64,000 nucleotides of DNA from Anaeramoeba ignava BMAN (Eukaryota; Protista; Anaeramoebae): assembly GCA_028826165.1 (NCBI GenBank), contig JAPDFW010000101.1, positions 167,450-231,449 on the forward strand. The letters are read 5' to 3'. Each line of letters begins with the position of its first letter. Position 1 is the stretch's first letter. Shown one piece after another: positions 25,850-38,294 of the stretch. The notes under the pieces were generated by a model that saw only the letters and a list, made by a program, of their open reading frames with translations, ran no database searches and had not been told where the DNA came from. A program made the position numbers and the translations under genes.

Positions 25850-27232
25850 CTAAAAAATAACATTATCAAAATTGCTTCTTGAAACAAATCCTCGATTCAA
25901 ATCATATTGAGAATCAATTCTGAAAAACTTATTAACATTCAGTTTATAAGAGGAATTTTGCAGAACAAACTGATAATGATTATTTTGAAAAGAACAACTT
26001 TTGGAAGAAAAATTTTTCAATAAAGAATAAACTTGATTATTTTGGATACTTTGGTTATTTTTGATATTAGAATTAAAAATGGAATTGAATTTTGATTTTT
26101 GATTTAAATTTTGGAAATTTTCAGAATCAAAATCTTTGAAATGAGAAAATAAAATGAAGTGCTTTTGCTTTGAAAATTCAGTGAATTGAGAAATCAAATT
26201 GGGTGTTTTGGATAAGAAGTGAATTGGAGAATCTTTCAGTTTCTTTTTTTGTTGAATTTCCTTCTCTTTCTTGCAATTCAGTTGATCCAATTTATCCTTT
26301 TGGTTGAGCTTCTCAATCAAGTATTCATAAACAACAAACGAAATTATAGTTGAAGGTAAAATGGTAGAAATTCTTGAAAAAAGACCATGAAAAAAACCAT
26401 TAAGACCGCTTTCAAGATAAACTGTTTGGAAAGTGCGGAACATGTTTGGAAATCGTTTTGCACCATTTTCAACTAAATCGCGTGTTTGTATTTTTGTTTT
26501 GACAACATCAAACGGCATTGTAATAATAGCAGACACAAATGTGGCGGCTGTTGCTGATACGATATAGTTCAAAACGCCGAGTTTGTGCTCCGAATTGCCG
26601 TTGTTGATTTGTGGATGATTCATGATTTTCAGTTGAATTCCTTTTATATAATCATAAGTTCCCCAATAAAAAGGATAAGATAAAAAATCACGCGTTAAAT
26701 AAGCAGAATATCCATTAAAAAGACCGGAAAAACCGGATTCCTTGTAAAGTTGGTTCAAAATATCCAAAAAACCCATTGATTTTATGTTTGTATTTGTTCC
26801 TTCTAATTGCATTCTTTGCTTTGCAATTTCAATTGGATTTCTTATTGAAATTATTAAAGTTCTTGTCAAAGCAGCAAAAAATAACGGTTTATTTTTCATC
26901 CAAAAATTTTCCCATTTGCTTGATATTTTTTTATCTTGATTTATTGTTGTTTTTGTTGTTTTTTGTGTTTGCTGAGCAAAATTCACTTTCACATAATGAT
27001 AAATTAAAAAAGAAATTGCACTTGTTGGTACATTTGATAATAAACTTGGAAAAAGTGCTTTTTGTAAGTTGTTTTTTGTTGTCATTTTTCCATAAAATTG
27101 TGTTCTTGTTTTGATTGTATCTATTGATGATGTACATAATGTACTTATACTTCGTGCTAATGCTCCAATTAATAAATGTCTTATTGGTTTAAAATGTTTT
27201 TCTTCTTTTTTTTTTGATTGATTTTGATTCAT
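25850..27232 (-). CDS. Mitochondrial carrier family (SLC25) protein, possibly SAM-carrier-like, with a long C-terminal extension
   Basis: Three PX[DE]XX[KR] signatures: SIDTIKTRTQ (degenerate), PIEIAKQRMQ, PFDVVKTKIQ. Also ESGFSGLFNG and ESGLNGFFHG. Confidence 0.85.
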   Translation of the reverse strand: MNQNQSKKKEEKHFKPIRHLLIGALARSISTLCTSSIDTIKTRTQFYGKMTTKNNLQKALFPSLLSNVPTSAISFLIYHYVKVNFAQQTQKTTKTTINQDKKISSKWENFWMKNKPLFFAALTRTLIISIRNPIEIAKQRMQLEGTNTNIKSMGFLDILNQLYKESGFSGLFNGYSAYLTRDFLSYPFYWGTYDYIKGIQLKIMNHPQINNGNSEHKLGVLNYIVSATAATFVSAIITMPFDVVKTKIQTRDLVENGAKRFPNMFRTFQTVYLESGLNGFFHGLFSRISTILPSTIISFVVYEYLIEKLNQKDKLDQLNCKKEKEIQQKKKLKDSPIHFLSKTPNLISQFTEFSKQKHFILFSHFKDFDSENFQNLNQKSKFNSIFNSNIKNNQSIQNNQVYSLLKNFSSKSCSFQNNHYQFVLQNSSYKLNVNKFFRIDSQYDLNRGFVSRSNFDNVIF

Positions 27233-27500
27233 TTATTTTTATAAATAAGATTTGAATAAAAATAAAAAAAACGGAAAAAAATGAAAAATAAAAAAAAAAT
27301 TAAATAAAAATAAAAATAAAATAAAAAAAGATGAGTCATTATTTATAATAAAAATATTAATAAAAATATTAAAACAAGTAAGATCCAATTGTCAAATTAA
27401 AATTAAATTAAAAATTAAATAATCAAAATTAAATTAAATTTATTTTTTCATTTTTTTCTTTCTTAGTTTTTTTTTTCTTAATTAAAAAATTAATAAAAAA

Positions 27501-30500
27501 ATGAATTTAATTTTAAATGATGAAAATTTAAATTGGATTAGATCTTCTTTTAATATGCAAATTTCAAAAGAAATTCCTTTTCAAAATATCTCAAATTTCT
27601 TTCTTCTGTTAGAATTTTTTTTACAAAAAGAAAATAAAGAAATTATTGAAGAGTAAAATTAAAATTATTTATTAAAATTATTTATTAAAATTATTTATTA
27701 AATTATTTTTTTTTTCAATAGTTCAATTTATGAATCTTCTTTTTTGAAAAAATGTGGAATATCTGAATTATTTTTTAATCAAATTACAGAATCAAATTCC
27801 AATTTTGAAAAAACACAAGCTATTAATAATCTAATTAAAGGAATTCGAGTTTTTTGCCAACAAAATCAAAATCACAATATAAATCAAAATCAAAATCAAA
27901 ATCAAAATCAAAATCAAAATCAAAATCAAAAATCAAAATCAAAATCAAAATCAAAATATAAAATCAAAATCAAAATCAAAATCAAAATCAAAATCAAAAT
28001 ATAAATCAAAATCAAAATCAAAATAAAAATCAAAATCAAAATAAATCAAAATATAAATCAAAATCAAAATCAAAATCAAAATCAAAATCAAAATCAAAAT
28101 CAAAATCAAAATCAAAATCAAAATCAAAATAAATCAAAATCAAAATCAAAATCAAAATCAAAATATAAATCAAAATCAAAATATAAATCAAAATCAAAAT
28201 ATAAATCAAAATCAAAATATAAATCAAAATATAAATCAAAATCAAAATATAAATCAAAATATAAATCAAAATATAAATCAAAATATAAATCAAAATCAAA
28301 ATATAAATCAAAATATAAATAGAAATCAAAATCAAAATCAAAATATAAATAGAAATCAAAATCAAAATATAAATCAAAATCAAAATCAAAATCAAAATCA
28401 AAATATAAATCAAAATCAAAATCAAAATCAAAATCAAAATCAAAATCTAAATCAAAATCAAAATCAAAATATAAATCAAAATATAAATCAAAATCAAAAT
28501 ATAAATCAAAATCAAAATCAAAATCAAAATCAAAATATAAATCAAAATATAAATCAAAATCAAAATCAAAATCAAAATCAAAATCAAAATCAAAATCAAA
28601 ATCAAAATCAAAATCAAAATCAAAATCAAAATCAAAATATAAATCAAAATCAAAATCAAAATATAAATCAAAATCAAAATATAAATCAAAATATAAATCA
28701 AAATCAAAATCAAAATCAAAATCAAAATCAAAATCAAAATATAAATCAAAATCAAAATCAAAATCAAAATCAAAATCAAAATCTAAATCAAAATCAAAAT
28801 CAAAATCAAAATATAAATCAAAATCAAAATATAAATCAAAATATAAATCAAAATCAAAATATAAATCAAAATCAAAATATAAATCAAAATCAAAATATAA
28901 ATCAAAATATAAATCAAAATCAAAATCAAAATCAAAATCAAAATCAAAATATAAATCAAAATCAAAATATAAATCAAAATATAAATCAAAATCAAAATAT
29001 AAATCATTTGGAAAATCAATTCCATTTTTCAAAAATTGAACAAGAAAATTTAAATTCAATCATAAAACATTCTTTTTTAGTTGGCTCAGCTTGCTTTCAA
29101 GTGAATTTAATTAAAAATATTCCAAAACAAAAAGAAATCCCAATTTTACTCAGAATAACAAACGAAAAAATTCACATTTCCCAAAATTCTAAATACAAAG
29201 AATTTGAATTTTCATCAATTGAAAAACTAGAAATTTATCCAATTGATGACAAGAAATTAAAACTACAATTATCATCCAAATCATTTAATTACCAAATTGT
29301 ATCAGCAACCCAAAAACAATCATTTGTAATTTGGAAAACTTTGATGATATTCCATAAATATAACCAATTAAAAAATAACATCTTTCATCCAATTGATGGA
29401 ACAATCTTTGGGAGAATCAGAAGAAAGAGAAATTTTAGCTATCCAATTTTGGAAGAAAGGAAGAGCTTCATTTTCAGGCAAAATTATCAAAGAAATGGTT
29501 TCTATTGAAGAATGTCAAATTATCCTCTCAAAATCAAGTTTTGAAATAATCACAGAAAATGATGAGAAAATTTCTTATCCTTGGTCAACTCCAAATTTGG
29601 AATTTACAATCAAATCTAACCAAAATATTATCAATTTTGAAATATTAAATCACGAAAATTCCAAAAAACAACTCCTTTTTTCAATTTATCTAAATCCAAG
29701 AGCAACTTGTTTACTATTAATTAAATGCTTATCGATTTTCCAAAATTTCACAAACAAAATGGAAGAAATTGAATTAATTGAGGAAGAGATTGAAAACATG
29801 AAAATGAATTCAATTTTGAGAACTGACAGAATTCTAAAACGGAAAGTATCACATCGAACAAGTTTGCTTCGTTCGCAAGTGGAATCTCTTTTGATCAACA
29901 AAAAAAATGTTCTCAATCTCTCAAACAAAAACACAAACAATTTTTTGATACCAATTCAAACCAAATTCCCTCAATTCCATTTTGTTTGCGAATTTGATCC
30001 TTATTCCCAACAAGGAAAAGTTTTCCAAAAAAGATTGTGGCTCAAAAACTTACCACAATCACCATATTTTGTTCGAGAACAAGATTTATACTCAAAACAA
30101 ATTGCACAATTTGTAATACAAGCAAAGAAAAAGGGGAAAATAGGGTTTGATGTTCATCTGATTTTAAAAAATTTCAGAAAAAAAGCCAAAATACAATTCA
30201 CTCTTCAAGAAGTAATTGTGAAATTACATTCAAAAGTGGAGCTATTTGAAGACTCGCAATTTGGAAAGCCAAAAGAAAACAACAAACCACGAAGAACTCA
30301 ATCTTGGAAATATTCGGAAGATTTGAAAATATTTCTTCATCCTTGGAAACACGATATCTTCATGCTTCAATTAGATAAACAACAGAAACTTGTGATTATT
30401 TCTGAAAGTTCAGTTGTTCGAGATCGAATTTGCAATTCATTTTTAGAATTCAAAAGAAATTCAAAATATAATCAAAATGAATTTGGACAAAATGGACACG

Positions 30501-32134
30501 ATTCAGTATTATTTCCTGCAAATTCCAACAAGGAAAAATCAACAAATTCTTCTAATGTTATTTGTTCATTGAGAGGCAAGTGCCAGAACAGAAGTAACAA
30601 GACCTCTCAAAAGGATTCAACCTCTTCTCCTCCTTTTCCTTCTGATTCCGGCAATTTCCCAAATATTTCAGAACAAGAAATTGTGGAACTAAATCTCGAG
30701 CTCAATTCTCCACTTGAATACTTGTTTGAAAATAAGAAACCTCATTTCCAGCCAATTCTCGATGTTTTGGAACAGGGAATCATTTCAAATAGAAGTTTCT
30801 ACATATATGCCAAGCATGAAACGGATGATGATGAAATCAACTCAAGGGAAAAAACTCAATATCGAACAAGTTTTTTCAATTCTTTGGGTGAGTTTTGTGG
30901 AATCGGAGAAATTATGCTTTCAGATGATCATTTCTCAGTTATTTTTGGAGAGACAAAGATACAAAGATACTATTCTTTCTTTTCAGAGATTATATTTCAT
31001 GAGAAAAACTCCGTTTCTTGCAATTTTCATCTGGATGAATTCATCTTTGTTCACGTGATGTTTTCCTCATATTCAGAAGCAACAACTTTCTCACAAGATT
31101 TCCAAACAAAGAAGGCTGGATGCGTTACTCCAACAGAAAACATCCATTTTTCTGAATGCACATTCCAAACCAGAATAGGCACTTTTGAAGGATCCATTTC
31201 CCTCAAATTGACAAAATTCACATTCCGTTTTCCGGATGAGAAAATCAAAGGAATTTACACACTTGATACACAAGTCGACAAGCTGGATAACAATTCCGTT
31301 ATTTTTTGGTTCAATTCAAGAAGATATTTGAAAGTTACTTTCTCTTCCATTGAGAAATTGCTTGAATTCATGGGATCTTTTGAGAAATTGCAAAGAAACT
31401 ACTTGAGTTATTCTATTGAAAAGGAATCTCGGTTCTATCCTGTCAAAATTCTCGTAGATGAACAACCAGTTTATTCATGCAATGTCGTCATCTCGGAATT
31501 CTCAATTTGTCTTATATCAAAGAATTTTGTTTCTGTTTTCCAATTCGATACTCATATTTCATTGGCAAAATCAAACACAAGTATCCAACTCCAAGTTTTC
31601 CAAGTTATGGAACTCTATCTTCTTTTTGATTCTTTTCAAGACAGATCTCTCTTCATCGAATCTTACAAACTCTTTTTCACTCAGATTCCAAAAGTTGATC
31701 CCAAAAAAATTTCTTTTATTAAATCAAAAAAATTTGATGTCACTTTCTATAATCCAAATTTAAATGTAATTGGTAAAGGTTTTATTAAAATTCGCAAAAA
31801 AACTTTATTAATCAAAAGTTTTTTACTCCAAACTGCTGAAATTATTGATAGTGTTTTATCTATTCATCCAAATCTTCCTTTTGCCTGCAAAATTGTTTTT
31901 GGAAATTCTTCAAATGAAAAAATTTTTGCTTTTAAAAATGCCAAAAAAAAGGAAAAATTCATAAATTTATTCCAATTAAAAAAAAGTTATTTAAAAAAAC
32001 AAAAAATTGAAGATGGATTTCTAATTTTATTTGAAAATGAAAGTGAAGAAGATGATGAAGAAGATAAATTATTGATTAAAAAAGAAATGAAAAGAAGAAG
32101 AAAAGAACAATTAAAAAAAATTTATCAAAATTAG
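27501..32134 (+). CDS. Large hypothetical protein: short CH-like N-terminus, poly-NQ/NI tract, tandem PH-like modules; intron 27653-27721; several frameshifts
   Basis: ATG at 27501 follows a TCATTTT motif. A phase-2 intron links it to the 27744 ORF. ORFs 29008 and 29393 overlap and join through a frameshift at ~29407. Confidence 0.6.
27860..29005 (+). repeat. (AATCAA/AATATA)n microsatellite of ~1.15 kb inside the gene
   Basis: Directly visible hexamer array with no GT dinucleotide seen. Confidence 0.9.
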
Positions 32135-32277
32135 TCATTTTTTTTTTTAAATAAAAAATTTTTTTTTAATTTTTTTTTTTCATTTTTTTTCTTTTTTCTT
32201 TTTTCTTTGTTTAATTATAAAAAAAAAAACAAAACAACAAAACAATTTTAATTTAAAAACAAAACAAAATTTTTAAA

Positions 32278-32504
32278 ATGTAAAATTAAATTTTAATTTT
32301 TTATTATTAAATATTAATTATTTTATTAACTAGGGATGCTGGAAATTTAATTGCAATTTTAATTGGGATTATTTTATTCTTTATAATCTTTTTTGCAATA
32401 ATGGGAAAAGTGTAAAAAAAAAACAATTTTAAATTAAATTTTTATATTTAATTTTTTAATTAAATTTTATTTTTAATTTTTTATTTAGTTCTCGACGCAA
32501 ATGA
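32278..32504 (+). CDS. 31-aa single-pass membrane microprotein, SMIM30-like: MDAGNLIAILIGIILFFIIFFAIMGKVSRRK; exons 32278..32279, 32334..32411, 32489..32504
   Basis: Two GTAAAA..TAG introns (32280-32333 and 32412-32488) give a clean ORF with a hydrophobic helix and basic tail. A TCATTTT motif lies upstream (~32180). Confidence 0.75.
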
Positions 32505-32728
32505 TTTAAAAACAAAAACAATTAAAAATTCATTTAATAATAATAATAATATTCAAAATCTTTCTTTCTTCTCTTTTTAACAAAAGTCCATTTTTATTCT
32601 TTCTTACTTTCTTTTAAAAAACAAATCAAATTCAAATTCAAATTCAATTTTAAAATTAAAATTAAATAAAATTCCAAAAAATTTTTTTCATTTTTTTCAT
32701 TTTTTTTCTTTTAAAAATTTTTTATAAA

Positions 32729-33361
32729 ATGTCTTTTTTAATTGTTGGTTCGCTTTTTCTTACAAAAAATTTACAAAATACAACAATAGAAGAAGTTTTA
32801 AAACAAGAAGAACAAAAAAAACAAAGAAAAGAAATTCTTGCAAAAGAAAGAAAAGAAAGAATTCAATGGGAAAAAGAACTTGAAGCAAAAAAACAAAAAA
32901 TGGGTTTTTGGAAAAGAAAAAAAGAAACTCAACTTGACAAATATTATCAATCAGTTCAAGAACAAAAAGAAAAACACAAAATGCACGTTGAAAATGTCAA
33001 TGCCGAAGTTGAAGACTCTTCAGATAGCATTGACAGTGATATCAATATAGATTCTGACGATGACTTTGACAGCTCAGATGACAATCCAAATGATGAATCA
33101 AAGAAAAAAGAACTTCGCAAAAAGAAAACTCAAGCTTTATTTGATCAACTTGAACCAAATTCTTCCCAAAATCTCCAAGAAACTAAAAACGTTGAGAAAA
33201 AAAATCCTAAGAAAAATTCTCAATCTGAAAGCAGTATTGACAGTGATAACTTGGATGACTTTGATGTTTCTTCTTTAGATGAAAGCACTGATTCTGATTT
33301 GGAAGAAAAAAAGAAAAAAGAAAGAAAAGAAAATACTCAAAAATTATTTCAAAATCTTTAA
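32729..33361 (+). CDS. Hypothetical charged coiled-coil / acidic Ser-Asp-rich protein
   Basis: 210-aa ORF with coding-like composition, preceded by a tandem TCATTTT motif. Confidence 0.7.
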   Translation: MSFLIVGSLFLTKNLQNTTIEEVLKQEEQKKQRKEILAKERKERIQWEKELEAKKQKMGFWKRKKETQLDKYYQSVQEQKEKHKMHVENVNAEVEDSSDSIDSDINIDSDDDFDSSDDNPNDESKKKELRKKKTQALFDQLEPNSSQNLQETKNVEKKNPKKNSQSESSIDSDNLDDFDVSSLDESTDSDLEEKKKKERKENTQKLFQNL

Positions 33362-33467
33362 TCAAAAATTTTTTTCAAAAAGGAAAAAAAAATGAATAAA
33401 TCCCAAACATTGAATTAAAAATGGAATTATATTTCTAAATTAATTCTATTCTCATTTTTTATATTTC

Positions 33468-33587
33468 ATTTTAAGATTTTAAGATTTTAAGATTTTAAGA
33501 TTTTAAGATTTTAAGATTTTAAGATTGATTAATTGATTGATTGATTGATTGATTAATTGATTGATTGATTAATTGATTGATTAATTA

Positions 33588-33618
<31 letters not shown>

Positions 33619-33660
33619 AATTGATTGATTTATTGATTAATTGATTGATTAATTGATTAA
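33468..33660. repeat. (TTTTAAGA)n followed by (ATTG)n microsatellites
   Basis: Directly visible. Confidence 0.9.
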
Positions 33661-35166
33661 TTTATTAGTAATTGAAATTGATTACTGATTGGAAATTGAC
33701 AAATTTGGTAATTGATTGATTGGTGGTGATTGACAATTGGTGGACAATTGTAATTACAATTGGTGATTGATTGAAATTGTGAATTGGTAATTGGTGATTG
33801 ACAATTGATGGTATTGGGCAATTTATTAATTGGACATTGATTATCAATTGGTAATTGGTGGATTTGGACAAATGGTGATTATTGGATGGTGGAATTATTA
33901 ATTAATGACAATTATTATTAATTAGTAATTTATTTAGTGAATTAGTAGTATTGAAATTGTAGTATTAATTGGTAATTAATTATTGGTAATTGGTAATTGG
34001 TCATGGACAATGATTAATTAGTGGTGGTGGACAATTGTTGGTAATTAATTTATTGATTAGTAATTTGGTGACAATTGGTAATTGATTATTGGTGATTGGA
34101 CAAATTATTGGTAATTTGTATTGACAGTGGTAATTAAATTAGTAATTGATTGGGACAATTTTTGATTATTTTTGACAATTGACAATTGGTATTTGGTGGT
34201 GATTGACAATTGGACAATTAAAATTAAGGACAATTATTTTTGGCCAATTTATCAAAATTATTAAAATCAAAAATCCAAATTAATTCAATTTTTACCGACA
34301 ATTTGTATTGATTTCTTGAAATTGATTAATTGACAAATTGACAATTGTAATTGGTAATTAGTAATTCAAAAATAATTAGTAATCAATTATTGGATTTTTA
34401 ATTAAAAATTATTAATTTGAATTTACCAATTTATTGGACAATTTTTGATGATTGAATTGATTGATTGATTGACAATTTAAAAATTGGTAATTTTTTGGTA
34501 TTTAGTAATTATTAATTAAAATTAGTTCAATTTTTAATTAATTTGTATTATTTAACAATCCCAAATTGACAAAGAATTATTGAATAAATTGATTGGTGGT
34601 GGTCAAATTTATTCATTTTTGAAAAATAATAGGTTCAATTCCTTTTAATTTTTATTTGGCCAATTTGACAATGGACAATATTTGGTGATTTATTTTTAAA
34701 TTAAAATAAATTTAAAATTAATTAATTTTTAATATAATAAAATTTATTTTGGTTTTATTATTGAATATTAAAAAATTTGTTATTTAATTGGTAATTGGTT
34801 TTTTTAATTTTTAATTTATTAAAAATGAAAATTATTGATTGATTGATTTTTGGACAATTATAATTGATTGACATTTTAATTATTAATTATTTAATTATTT
34901 TGACAATTAATTAAATTTGATTGATTATTGTTTTGGATTATTGATTAACAATTATTAATTGATTAATTATTATTTAATTTATTTATTTTAATTTATTGAT
35001 TTATTTTGGATTGATTTAATTTGATTGATTGATTTGATTTTGAAATTTTGAACAAAAATCAAAATTAAAAAAATATATTTGAATTTTTTTTGTTTTTTTA
35101 TTGAAATTGATTGGAAAAAGAAATGAAATCAAAAATCAAAAATCAAAATCAAAATCAAAATCAAAA

Positions 35167-38100
35167 TCAAAAGTAAAAAAGGTTGATTTTTTCTAATCTT
35201 TCTAAAGTCCGTTTTCCTTTTTCTTGAATATCTTGATTGAATGGGAAATTTTTCATTGCTTTTTTGATAAGTTCAATTCCGTTCAATCTTTTTATTTCTC
35301 TTTGGTTTTCTATTTTTTTTTTGGGAATTTTATATTTTAAAAGAATTATTTGATTTGAATTAATAATGAATAAATATTTCCAATTTTTGTTTTTGAATAT
35401 TGATTAATTTTGATTAATAATTGATAAATAAAAATTGATTAAATTAGTTTTCTTAATTCATTTTTATTATTATGTATATAATTTTATTTTTTATTTTTTA
35501 TTTACCTTTATTATTAAAAGAAATATTATTTAAAGCCCAACATCCTTTTTCTTGAATATCTTGATTATTTGGGAAATTATTCATTGATTTAATAATAGGT
35601 TCAATTCCATTTAAATTTCTAATTTCAATTTGGTTTTCTATTTTATTATTTTATTTTTGAAAATAAATTTGAAATTGATTAATTTTTTTTTTGGATTTTA
35701 ATTAATAATTAATAATTATTTATTTATTATTTTGTAAATTTATTTAATTTTAATTTTATTTTTTTGGAATTATTTTTTGGTATTTTTTAATTTAATTTTT
35801 AATTTTGAATTTCAATAAATAAATGGAAAATAAATAATATTTTGGATTTTTGGATTTATTTTTATTTTTTATTTACCATTATTAATAGCAATATTCAATA
35901 AAGCTCCACATCCTTTTTCTTGAATATCTTGATTATTTGGGAAATTATTCATTGATTTAATAATAGTTTCAATTCCTTTTAAATTTCTAATTTCAATTTG
36001 GTTTTCTATTTTATTATTTTTATTTTTGAAAATAAATTTGAAATTGATTAATTTTTTTTTTTTTTGGATTTTAATTAATAATTAATAATTAAATTATTTA
36101 TTTATTATTTTGTAAATTTATTTAATTTTGATTTATTTTTTTGGAATTATTTTTGATATTTTTTGATTTAATTTTTAATTTTAAATTTCAAAAAAATGGA
36201 AAATAAATAATATTTTGGATTTTTGGATTTATTTTTTATTTTTTATTTACCATCATTAACAGCAATATTCAATAAAGCCCAACATCCTTCTTTTTGAATA
36301 TCTTGATTATTTGGGAAATTATTCATTGCTTTAATAATAGGTTTAATTCCTTTTAAATTTCTAATTTCAATTTGGTTTTCTATTTTATTATTTTTATTTT
36401 TGAAAATAAATTTGAAATTTATTAATTTTTTTTTTGGATTTTAATTAATATTTAATAATTATTTATTTATTATTTTGTAAATTTATTTAATTTTAATTTA
36501 TTTTTTGGAATTATTTTTGATATTTTTTGATTTAATTTTTAATTTTAAATTTCAAAAAAAAATGGAAAATAAATAATATTTTGGATTTTTGGATTTATTT
36601 TTATTTTTTATTTACCATCATTAACAGCAATATTCAATAAAGCCCAACATCCTTCTTTTTGAATATCTTGATTATTTGGGAAATTATTCATTGCTTTAAT
36701 AATAGGTTCAATTCCTTTTAAATTTCTAATTTCAATTTTGTTTTCTATTTTATTATTATTATTTTTGAAAATAAATTTAAAATTGATTAATTTTTGATTT
36801 TAATTAATAATTAATAAATATTTATTTATTATTTTGTAAATTTATTTAATTTTAATTTATTTTTTGGAATTATTTTTTGATATTTTTTAATTTAATTTTT
36901 AATTTTAAATTTCAAAAAAAAATGGAAAATAAATAATATTTTGGATTTTTGGATTAATTTTTATTTTTTATTTACCATCATTAACAGCAATATTCCATAA
37001 AGCTCCACATCCATTAATTTGAATATCTTGATTATTTAGGAAATTATTCATTGATTTAATAATAGGTTCAATTCCTTTTAAATTTCTGATTTCTATTTGA
37101 TTTTCTATTTTATTATTTTTATTTTTGAAAATAAATTTAAAATTAATTAATTTTTTTTGGATTTTAATTAATAATTAATAATTAAATTATTTATTATTTT
37201 GTAAATTTATTTAATTTTGATTTATTTTTTTGGAATTATTTTTAATTTATTTTTTGATTTAATTTTTAATTTTAAATTTCAAAAAAAAAATGGAAAATAA
37301 ATATTATTTTGGATTTTTGGATTTATTTTTAATTTTTTATTTACCATTATTAGAAAAAGCAATATCCCATAAAGCTCCACATCCTTTAATTTGAATATTT
37401 TCATAATAAGAGAAATTTTTCATTGCTTTAATAACAGGTTTTATTCCATTTAAATTTCTGAGTTTATTTCGATTATCTTTAATTATTGAATTTTAATATT
37501 TATTTTGAATTTTGTTTTCATAATTAAAAATTAAACCAAAAAATAATTTTAATTTAAATCTCAATTTTGGAAAATAATAAAAAGATATAAAATTTTACAT
37601 TCATTTTCTCTGGCAAATTTTTTAAAATAAAACATCCATTTTCTTTTTCTTGAATTTTGTAATTATTTGGACATTGTTTCATATATTTTATTGTTTCTTC
37701 AATAGATTCTTTTTTAATTTTGTTTTTAAATTTAAAAATAATTTTTTAATAATTTTTTAATAATTTGAAGTTTAAATTTAAAACAATTTACTTTCATTTA
37801 AATTTGAAATTTGATTTATAAAATTTTCTAAAGTTTGATTTCCTTTTTCAGAAAAATTCATTTTTAATTCTTGTTTAGTCTATTTTGATCTTATTTTTGT
37901 TTTTGAATTTTAATTTTTCAAATAATTTTGTTGATTAGATTGTTTATTTTGATTTTTAATTTATTTGATTTTTTTGTTTAATAAAATTTGATTGAGTTTT
38001 TGTTTTTGAATCTTTTTGTTGAATAGATTATTTTTAATTGATTAATAAATATTTTTGATCTTTTGTTGAATAGATTTAATTTTAATTGATTAATTTTAAA

Positions 38101-38294
38101 TTTTTTCCTTTTCATTTTGATTTTTTAATTAAAATTTTGGAATCTACTTTGGTATCGATTCCAACGATTATAAGTCTGATTTGATTTATGATTTGAATCA
38201 ATTATTTCTTTTGAAGAATCAATTTATATTTTCATTTTTCTATTTTTATTTAAATTATTTTATTTTTAATAAAAAAAAAAGAAAAAGTGGACAT
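35167..38294 (-). CDS. Armadillo-repeat protein with one ARM repeat per exon; exons include 37708..37599, 37476..37345, 37104..36976, 36744..36616, 36379..36251, 36005..35877, 35637..35506, 35309..35167; 5' part uncertain
   Basis: Each 129/132-nt phase-1 exon translates to an ARM repeat such as ENQIEIRNLKGIEPIIKSMNNFPNNQDIQEKGCWALLNIAVND (consensus), bounded by TAG/AAG acceptors and GTAAAT donors. Stop TGA at 35169-35167. The start at 38294 is tentative. Confidence 0.85.

Noticed and set aside
35500-37350. CRISPR-like or transposon array
   Set aside because: The units are duplicated exon-intron pairs with an ARM reading frame. There are no unique spacers, terminal repeats or transposase.
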